Position numbers and translations under genes: made by a program. The notes under the pieces were generated by a model. It made no database searches. It had not been told where the DNA came from and saw only the letters and a list, made by a program, of their open reading frames with translations. Below, one piece after another: positions 1 to 8,749 of a stretch of DNA of 20,000 nt (its first letter is position 1; each line of letters begins with the position of its first letter). The DNA lies in NCBI GenBank assembly GCA_001687465.1, contig LVLI01000226.1, positions 52,361 to 72,360 of the forward strand, in the 5' to 3' direction. This stretch comes from Halocafeteria seosinensis (lineage: Eukaryota).

Positions 1-1926
1 CCTGTTACAGAATCTCGAACCATAGTCTGCATACAGAGAATTGAGAGGTAATCCAAACAGGACTCCTCTCCTTCTGTTAAACGTACCACAGTAAGTCCAG
101 TGGAGGACGCTGTCGTTCCCGAAACGTATACTCCCCTCGGCGACAACGACGCTGCAGCCCTTAACATCTGAGACTTGCCCAAACCGGGATCACCTACTAC
201 CAGGACGTGCGGATCACACCGCAAATCTAAAGCATTACCGGATGAGTCTCCTGGATTTGCAGCGGTATCCTCCTCATCCTCATTAGTGTGGGTTTCAGTC
301 GGATTTGCGCCGGCATCGGCATCGTTTTCTGTGGCAGATTTCTTCTGGGAACCACCAAAGAGACCCAGGGCGAGTCCGGCCTTGACGGCTTCATTTCCGA
401 AAATCGTCGGGCACAACGAAGCAACAACGAGCGCAAACGGATCGGGATGAGTAGCAATTTTTCTTATTGCCTGAAGCTCTTTTTCCGAGAAGTGAGTAGC
501 CGATACACCTCCCCTTGCAACAGAATCGGAAAGCTTCTGAGTAGAAATACTGTTGACATCTACGTACAGAAGAAATAGGTTGCGTGCTCTTGATGCGCTT
601 TTACCCTTGGCAACATCGGTATTCATGCTCTTCACTGTTCCTGCTAATGTAACAACGTCTCCGGGAACACATGCGTCTACCAGATCATGAGTGAGTTCGC
701 AGTCCACAGTACGCGGTATCCTTCCCGGTTCACTTAGATCAGTTTCTAGTTCCTGGGCAAACACGCTTCTAGTTTCCTCATATGCGTGCATAACATCATT
801 AGAGCGATACTTACTTGCACTTTTATTTGTTGCCAATCTACGGTAACAGCCGAATCACGGATAGGATAAAATAATTTGGAACGACACTTCTTACTATTAC
901 ACCTGGTGCCAACACGTTCATATCAGCCTCCAAGACAAACACCACCAAAATATGTAGCGTCTCATCTTACTTGCTTGGAGGTTCATATTTGCCATCTGAA
1001 AACTCACAGCTAATATGCCCCATACAGGTAGCACACTCGAACGTCATTTCTATCACCAATGGACGCACTCCTGAAACTCTGACAACATTTCCTCTCAGCG
1101 ACACGAATTTACCTGAGTACGTCATCGAAACGTCAAGACAAAATGAGTTCCACAACTACTACAACGTATTTAAAGTAGACATACCGATGCTTTGGCTTTT
1201 AAGCTGTCGCACTGAGGTAATCGGGTGGACATTTTGGATGCGAGGAATAACGCGAGCCGGAGTAACGCTAGGGTTAGCTTCAGCCCGGATCTGCGGGTCA
1301 AACGGGGGAGCATATGAAATATTACAGCACACCCAAATATGAAAAAATAATTCTTCTTCCTTGTAACTTACAATGCATAGAGAAATCCCTATGCACGATA
1401 TAATATCTTCAGGTGTTTCTCTGTACGTGAAGCCCGAAGTACGTGGGTACCCCATACGCTTATACCATACACGTTAGTCACGAAGAACTCCTTACTTCAG
1501 ATCTTCCTTTACTTGTGTCAAAGGACACCTACGGATCAAGTCATCGTAGTTGATTGAGACACTGGTTTGCCTTACCATTTTATCCTGAACTTAAAAGCAG
1601 CACCTCGTACGTTCGCATGCCAGGAGCATGTGTTCCAGTTCCACCACTTCACAGCTTACCGATGGTATAAAGTCTTTGCCTTGATCTCGGAAAAATTGCG
1701 CCAGGCGTTTCGCGAGTTTGATTCGGCCGTCATCAGATATCCTAGACTCCGATTGGTCAGCCGGCTGTCCCTCTGTTTGTCCTTGATTTTGACCCTGATG
1801 CGCTCGACTGGAGGCATTTGAATTCTTTTCCGTGGAGAAGTAGTATTTCCAAACATCTCCAATTGCTTTATCCGCTACCGATTCGATTCCATTGTTGGAC
1901 GACGAAAAACATGAAAAGGAAGACAT
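1..1926 (-). CDS. MCM8: DNA helicase MCM8, 5' part; the gene continues past the left edge. Predicted exons: 1926-1660, 1584-1496, 1420-1372, 1290-1185, 1112-971, 902-815, 752-87, 26-<1
   Basis: The spliced translation gives N-terminal WKYYF, GKFVSLRGNVVRVS, a zinc finger CATC...CNSKKC, GRIPRTVDCELTHDLVDACVPGD and SLCPTIFGNEAVKAGLALGLFGG. It also gives the MCM8-type Walker A region DPHVLVVGDPGLGKSQML..SPRGVYVSG..GLTVT. All seven introns are GT-AG (60-81 nt) and keep the frame. Confidence 0.93.
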
Positions 1927-2420
1927 TCTCACATGGGAAGGGCACTATACCTATAAATCATAAACTAACAACACTATTCCATCGCAAGCAACTACATTGA
2001 AGTTGAACTTTGATTTGAATTCCAAAGGCGAAGGGAACGGCATTTAGGTAAATTGATGCAATGGTAATAGTGGGAAACGCCGTACGAGCTAGTTTGAATC
2101 ACATTAGTGTGTATTGTACAGTACTGTGATTGAGCAGCTGGACGCAAGGCGCAAGATCTATGTTATGAGGCGACCCTGCACCAGTGTTGCAATCACCCCC
2201 GCTACTGAGAACATCCGCAAGGAGCGACCTTAAGTACACCTGCTCGATTCAAGCTTACATTAACACAGTTCGAGTTCGAGAGACGCGCGGTGATTGTTCC
2301 TACGCTCCCAGTCCTGAAGACTACAAAGAAGAATGAGTCTTCTAACATTACAGCATCTGGAATGATTGATAGTGTGTGTCACATATCTGATAATGTGCTA
2401 CCATTGGGAGAGTCTCTGGG

Positions 2421-4089
2421 TTACCACGAAGCTACTTTTTGTTTTCCTGCATCTTCGTCTTCACGTTCATACTCAATCTCTACGCGAGGCTTGGCAGGAG
2501 TAATCGCCTTATAATCATCATCCAGTGTTCCTTTCCTCTTCTGCTTCAATTTCTTTTTCATTGCAGAAGAGGAGGAAGCAGGCTCTCTCCGGCCCCGTTT
2601 TGATCCGGATATACCATTCTGGTTACTGTTTCCTGTTTCCTCGTCTTCCTCATCATCGTCGCCATAGAAATCTAAGTCGTTTTGGCCAAACCCATCCTCG
2701 TCATCACTGTCTTCTTCCCCAATACCGGAGAATCTATACTTATCCGCAATTTCTTCTACATCGCTGTCTTCTTCTTCATCGATATCAGCGTCTTCAACAT
2801 ATTCAATCTCTTCAGCGTCCGATTCGTCACTCTCACCTTCACCCTCGTCCGAAGCTTCAGTACCTTTCTGTTTATTCTCATACTCACTGCTAGCTTCATT
2901 TAGAGCAGAATTGTATTGTGCCTCGGGAAAATTGTAAATATCACCGTAAGTTCCATCTTTTAATCGTGACAATAACTCTTTTTCAATCGATTTCTCAATA
3001 TTAGCAGCTTTCTGCAAACAAAAAGAAAAAACATGAAGTTCAAGTAGCAACATACCATCCATGCACGCTATTTCAAAACCTAAAGTAGCAAAAAACCCAT
3101 CAGAAACTCAGTACGAAGTGGAAACTAATTTTTTTCACGAGCTAATCAAGAGAAAGGTTGATCAATCACTTGGGTTTTCAGCATCTCCCGGAGACATAGC
3201 TTTTTTTAAAGAAAAAATGCAAAAGAGGAGAAACGAGGGCAATGACATTCACGCGGTCCATCAGAAACTCAGTACGAAGTGGAAATTGATTGTTTCACGG
3301 GCTAATCAATAGAAAGGTTGATTGCTCATCACTTGGGCCTTGACGCTTTGCCTCCTTCATGCTCCTCCTCAACTTTGCACAGAAATAATCAACACATAAG
3401 AAAACCAAGAAGCGAAAACTTACCAAAGCCTTCTGTTCTCTCCTCTTTTCCCTTTGCTCTACTTTCTTGTGTATACGCATTAAGCGCGGTTGGACCTTCT
3501 TGGTGAGCTTCCTCATTCGGATCAGGTACTGTGTAATCTTTGTCAATCTCTGCTTGTTCTTGTGTAGCAAAAATTTCGGAAAATATTGCAAGTGAGTATC
3601 GACCTGTTCTAATGCCTTCTCATAATTCCTTGAAAGCTGCAGAGAAACAGACGATGATGATAAAGTTCCGTTTCAACACACTCTTCACCCAGTGGCTGAG
3701 TTTGCTACATAAAGGCAAAGTCCAATAGACGCAAAGCACCTTATTGCCTACCTTTATTTTCTCCCACAAATTCTTGGGGGTATGAGCTCGTTCAGCTGTC
3801 TTTATGTATAAATAACATCGTCCTTCATGTTCCCGTATGGTAGCATAGCGGCTGTTTGCCAGCGGACAGGAGCTCCTATTACAGAGCCCAGTAACATTAT
3901 AAGGATTCCGACAAAAGATAGACTTATCATCGACCCTGTATTTAACGAGAAATCGCAAACAAAGTATCATAATAGCCAATGAACCATGACGATGAGAGGA
4001 GACAGAGGAACTACCTGGCGCACTTACTTGCTCTTAAAGGAGCAATGACCGTTGTTTATGATCTCCCAAATGAGCTCGTCGTGCTGCAT
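2421..4089 (-). CDS. MAK16: MAK16 60S ribosome biogenesis protein. Exons: 4089-4028, 3935-3752, 3636-3424, 3011-2421
   Basis: The translation gives [102 protein letters not shown], an acidic tail and RVEIEYE. These are hallmark MAK16 blocks. GT-AG introns lie at 3936-4027, 3637-3751 and 3012-3423. Confidence 0.96.
3092..3178 (-). ncRNA. Putative intronic box C/D snoRNA, copy A (MAK16 intron 3)
   Basis: On the minus strand it has an AAAACCCA/TGGGTTTT terminal stem, a degenerate C box (GTGATTG) and a terminal D box (CTGA). It is ~80 nt, sense to the host gene, and paralogous to 3255-3339. Confidence 0.65.
3255..3339 (-). ncRNA. Putative intronic box C/D snoRNA, copy B (MAK16 intron 3)
   Basis: On the minus strand it has a GGCCCA/TGGACC terminal stem, a canonical C box (GTGATGA), a terminal D box (CTGA) and an internal TTGATT/AATCAA hairpin. 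The blocks ATCAACCTTTCT and TTTCCACTTCGTACTGAGTTTCTGATGG are identical to copy A. Confidence 0.75.
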
Positions 4090-4458
4090 TTTGGACGATA
4101 CTTCTGTATAGTACTATAAACTGCAGTATGTACTCTGTTTGAATCGATATGAACCACCAAAACTTCGGTTAAAGGACACTGACACCTCCGAAAAAAGCCG
4201 GAAACTTAGTAGCCGAAAAGATAGACTCGTTGAAGTTTACTTCAACTTGCAATCATAAGAGTAAGTCAGCCATGACACCGCTTTCTTATATGCTACGATT
4301 GTGGAAAGAGAAAACGAATTAGGAGTTTGGAACTTGTCAATGAAGCGCGATTGATGCCAACCGTGCCGCTACTGTGTTCGGGTAGTGCTGAATTGCTTAG
4401 ATAACGAGCTGATTCCTCAGTGGGACCGTTAGGAGACCTTCCGTAATCCAAACACAGA

Positions 4459-5255
4459 ATGCCTCCGAAGAAATCCTCATCAAAACAGCAACGTCGTGAC
4501 TCCACAGATAAGTCCAAAGAAGCAGCCCAACAAGAAACAACAGAGGAAGAGGAGGTTAAAGAGGAACCAACAACAGGCAGATCTACCTTTCGATTCGTGG
4601 ATGGATCAACTTATGGTATGTTAGGAGGTGCCTTTTGTCCATGGTTAATTGGAATGAATATACCCATCGTCTCTGGTATTCGTTCCTAGCAGAAGGTGAT
4701 TGGATTGAGCAAAATGGAATAAAGTACAGGCATGGTGAAGGGACCTTCACACATCCGTCTGGAGAGAAGTATGAGGGTAGTTGGGAGTGGGACGTGATGA
4801 CCGGACATGGCAAGTTTCACAGCGTAACTGGTTCCTACTATGAGGTAAGGGACACGTGTTCGGTTTTTCTTGTTACTGGGCAATTTGGATAGTGCTACCT
4901 CAGGGGGAGTTTAAGGACGGTGCATACCAAGGACAAGGCTTCTACCAGTGGCCCGATGGTGCGTCATACGGGGGCGGGTGGATACAGAACAGGTACGTTT
5001 CGAATACGTCTCTCTTGAGAAGCTTGGATGGCTTTTAGACATTCACTTTTTTACAGGATGCACGGAGCTGGAAGGTACACGTCTCCAGAAGGTGTTGCGT
5101 GGCAAGGGGAGTTCTTCAACGGAAAGTACTACAACGGCAAAGCCTACATTAGTCTGCATTCAACGGAGGTGGCCGACGTTTTCAAAGCTATTGAAGAGAC
5201 AGAGGTGGACCAACCCGAAACTAAAGAGAATACCCCCGAGGAAGCGAAGGAGTAG
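4459..5255 (+). CDS. MORN-repeat protein, MORN2-like. Exons: 4459-4615, 4690/4693-4844, 4904-4992, 5057-5255
   Basis: The protein has successive MORN repeats: FVDGSTYEGDW...RHGEGTFTHPSGEKYEGSWEWDVMTGHGKFHSVTGSYYEGEFKDGAYQGQGFYQWPDGASYGGGWIQNRMHGAGRY. Three GT-AG introns keep the frame. Size and the terminal W-x-G-x-F resemble MORN2 (recalled similarity, not searched). Confidence 0.88.
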
Positions 5256-5276
5256 ATTCCGACCCTTGCACGTTTC

Positions 5277-6332
5277 CTACACTTCGACGGTAGTTCGAGA
5301 CTGAAATGTGTCTTCACCCCTTTGAAATATTTCCGACTCCGTTCTCACCTTCTGAGCAGATCCATCCGCTGAAATATCGGTAAAAGTAGAGGAAGAATCT
5401 TCTTCATCTTCTGCGTCGTCGATGATGAGCTGTTTCTTCTGAATGCTTTTCTGACGTATTCGGCTCAGATCCTGAGCCATCTTTGGTAGCCATTTTTGTG
5501 CAGGTCCCCGGTGGAGCCACTGTTGTCCAAAATGTTGGCTATTACCCAGCATACCCTGCAGTACGATGAATCCGGGACCAAGTGCCTAAAATAGTAAAAC
5601 TGCAGCACATTAACAATGAATTACCTGCTTTTTAGCAAAGACCCTGTACTTCGCTTCGAAGAACTGTGATTCATCTGTAGATACTGGGAGTTCGTTTGGA
5701 TTTAAAGCTTCCCATAGAATATCTTTCAAATGCTGCGCATTTGGATTCAGTAGTGGCATTTCACCGTTGTCGTCAAATGCTTTTTCAAGTTCCCCGTTGT
5801 CCTCCAGCTTGGAAAACAGCTCTCTCGAAATTCTGTTTTGTGTGTTGGCGTAAGCATTTCGGAGTGTCTTCGATGCCGCTGTTGAGTCCTTGACATGTGT
5901 GTATATTTCCTTGGAATTGACTCCTTTTTTGATATGTATTTCAAAGTCATGGTCTCCAGTGTCTTCGTCATCGTCCTCAAATGTTTCTTCGTTTTCCCTA
6001 CTCTTTCTCTCGCTCTTTTTCCTAAGGCGCTCTCGTTCATGCTTTTTGCGGTCAAGTTTCGTCTCCCCATTGAATCGAGGAGGCTTGGCGTTTTTCGGAG
6101 GTCTTTGCTTTTTGCCTTCTCCCAGGTCGACCTCTTTGGCGTGGACGTCAACATCCAATTCTTTTGGGGCCTCCTGGGGCTTTCCCCCCAGGTCATCCCT
6201 CTTTGACATGGCAGCAATGTCTGCAGAGATATCGGAAACAGTTTCATCTTCGAAATCTTGTCCAGAGACGCCCACGTGCCATAGAAACGCTATCAAAAGA
6301 CAGCTCCATAGCCTCGTGCCATTGCTGGTCAT
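5277..6332 (-). CDS. Hypothetical protein with a predicted signal peptide, highly charged. Exons: 6332 (or 6347)-5625, 5555-5277
   Basis: Two ORFs (5610-6413 and 5277-5552) join in frame across a 69-nt GT-AG intron at 5556-5624. The N-terminus MTSNGTRLWSCLLIAFLWHVGVSG|QDFE looks like a cleavable signal peptide. No family was recognised. Confidence 0.75.
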
Positions 6333-6872
6333 ATCTACCACGTTCATGCGCCCGTGAAGCCAGCATGTGCAGCGGGAGCACACGCTATAAGCAGTGCAAC
6401 TCCAAAAAAGCAACTTTAATATTTACGTATATTCTCAATACTAACAATCAGATGAAAACGGGCCACAAGTTGAAGCTAAGTAACGAAGAAGCCGTTTGCA
6501 GCTACTTTCCCATACCTTCTCCAGTCAATCCCCGAAGGGTATCATCATAGAAGCCAGACAGTCATGAAGGGGATCCCTAATTTGAAAAGTCAAGAGAAAC
6601 TAGATAGAAGCGGGAGTGGGGCTGTTAAAGTACTGAAAGTGTCTCACTGAATTCTTAGTGTAAAAACAGTTACTAGTGACTATTGAATCATCCGTACCCA
6701 AAGAACGACTTCTTGAGCAGTAAAAATATACGTTCTGTTGCTAGTAATGCAGTTAGATATTACTTCGACTACCTGGAGATACTGGAAATAGCTTGTCTCG
6801 AATTGATGGCACTCCACTTGCTGTTGATACTACCTGGCTTACTCATCTTCCAGAGTGGTTCCGGTGCCATTT

Positions 6873-8239
6873 TCATTGTTGAACCGCCCGTTCAACGATA
6901 GTTCCACATTCAGGGCATCTGCAAGGATAAAGCGGGGATTTGACCGTAATATACCGTCTGATAAAGTGTGAATCCATCGGTCACATACTCGTAATCCGGC
7001 TCTTCAATGACTGCTGTATGAAGACAGAAATAGCACAATGGATGAGCACATGGAATACACAATAGAGGCATAGAAGCTGGATTTTTGCCACACTCAACGC
7101 AGATTGTTGGAACACTGTCTAGCATTGCGTTTCTAATGGCCGTTGAGGAATAGTAGCCCGTAGAGCCGAGGTGATTTGAATTTGCTACCGAAGCAGCAGC
7201 AGAAACCCCTGTGAGTGATGCTAGCTTTCCAATGCCTTGCTTTACCCTCTTAAATATTAAGTACAGCATCCTTCTCACAGCATACCAATCCACGTGAGTG
7301 TGTAGAGTTGAGAGCAGATCCTGTATCCCAAGGTAGCTCCAATATATGTACTTGCAATTGTTCTAGAGAAATATCGTGAACGAAACTTACTAGAAATGAG
7401 TCCCATAATAGTTGGCGGTTCATGATATCATAAGCAGGGGAAGGGTAGAAAGGAAATGGAGAACTGGGCATCATCCTCATGTTTGTCATCCTAGAAAGGA
7501 CCGAAGGGAATCGTCCGTCAGCAAGAAATCGCAACGAGTTGAGTAGGCATGCCACTTTGAAGACCTTATTCACTAGATCAATGACAAGGAGGGCGAATTG
7601 CTTCCAAACATTCTCGGAATGCTCCCTCCAATGGTTTTCTTCTACATGCCTCTGAAGTCTGTCCCATGCCCACTTCAGAGCAACGTAGGCTAGGGTGTAG
7701 AGACAGCTCTGTCGGCGAGTTAACCAAGGTCTTGCTTCCGGTAGATTGGTTTCTGTTGTTTTGGGATCTTGTGGTTGACTGTGTGAGACTTTTGGGGCGT
7801 CTTTCCTGATAGTCTCTGCTCTTTGCTCCCGTATAGTCGATGAACTGCCACTTACTGCTCCATCTGCTGGTGTCTGCTGTCGCGCATGATAGTCCAGAAT
7901 ATCTTGAGAAGAGGGCAGTTTAGAATTGTTTGCCCATCGAAGGTCTTGCACTTGTTGCCCCGGTGATGGTTTATCTTGGAGCACACTGGAGCACATAACC
8001 ATTCCCGAGAGTACCGCTTTCAGTTCAGGTGTGAAGCTTTCCATTACACGCGGCTGTAAGAATCAATGGTCGATAAAAAAGAAAACAAGTTGCTGGGCCT
8101 CAAAATTAGGTGCTCCTCTTACCTGAAACCATGAGAGCGCACTCCTTGCTTGGGAAGCAAGCAATTCGAGCAGCTCCTCGTCCAGATATTGAGCATCTAA
8201 TTGCCTGACGCGACCAACCCGGATAGGACGGGAGCTCAT
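6873..8239 (-). CDS. PEX2: Peroxin PEX2 (Pex2/Pex12 N-terminal region plus C3HC4 RING). Exons: 8239-8123, 8053-7391, 7320-6989, 6918-6873
   Basis: The translation gives RVRQLDAQYLDEEL, FTPELKAVL, SPGQQVQDLRW, LNSLRFLADGRFPSVLSR and YDIMNRQLLWDSF. The RING reads CVEC...CAHPLCYFC...CPEC. Three GT-AG introns of 69-70 nt. Confidence 0.9.
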
Positions 8240-8749
8240 TTCCCCCGTAGCGTACGTCTCAAATTCACCCGCCGACAAACAAGACACAACAACAGCACTG
8301 CGTTGATGGCGACCAAGACCAATTCTCAGTCTATATTATATAAACTATAGGATGTCCGCTGTGGCATGGCATTGCATGCTGGCAAGTTCGGAACTTGAAG
8401 TTCCAGCGTCATTCATCCCACCTTCACAAACATGCTGATTGGAATTGGTTGCCCTTATCAGTGTGTAGAGTGCCACTACCACATGACTAGAGACTAGTCT
8501 AGAGTTCCATGGATGAGTAGTTTTGTGTTGTCGTATTGGGATGATAGGACCTCTCATTTCCATGAGAAAAGCATTTGTTTAAAGGGGTAGCACAGTCGAC
8601 TGGGTGTTTGCCGTTTAGAGACGCAAACTTCAAGATAGAGTTTATTTTGCTTGATTACAGGAGTCATACCGCCGTAGCAGCACCGTACTACGTCGGGTTC
8701 TGTTTGCCAAGTAAGCATGCAAATTTCAAGGGAATGAGGAGGAGTGACG

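Noticed and set aside
2126..2210. SECIS element
   Set aside because: The ATGA/GA quartet and apical AA are not correctly arranged, and no neighbouring gene needs an in-frame UGA.
2240..2285. GTTCGA (T-loop-like) words as a tRNA, and CGATTCAAGCTTAC as RNase P CR-V
   Set aside because: No acceptor, D or anticodon arms fit, and the matching RNase P CR-I GGAA motif is not properly placed. It is kept only as an unassigned structured region.
3092..3339. Two direct repeats considered as a CRISPR array or as coding (ORF 3061-3312)
   Set aside because: There are only two long copies inside a spliceosomal intron of a eukaryotic gene and no cas genes. C/D boxes and terminal stems explain them better.
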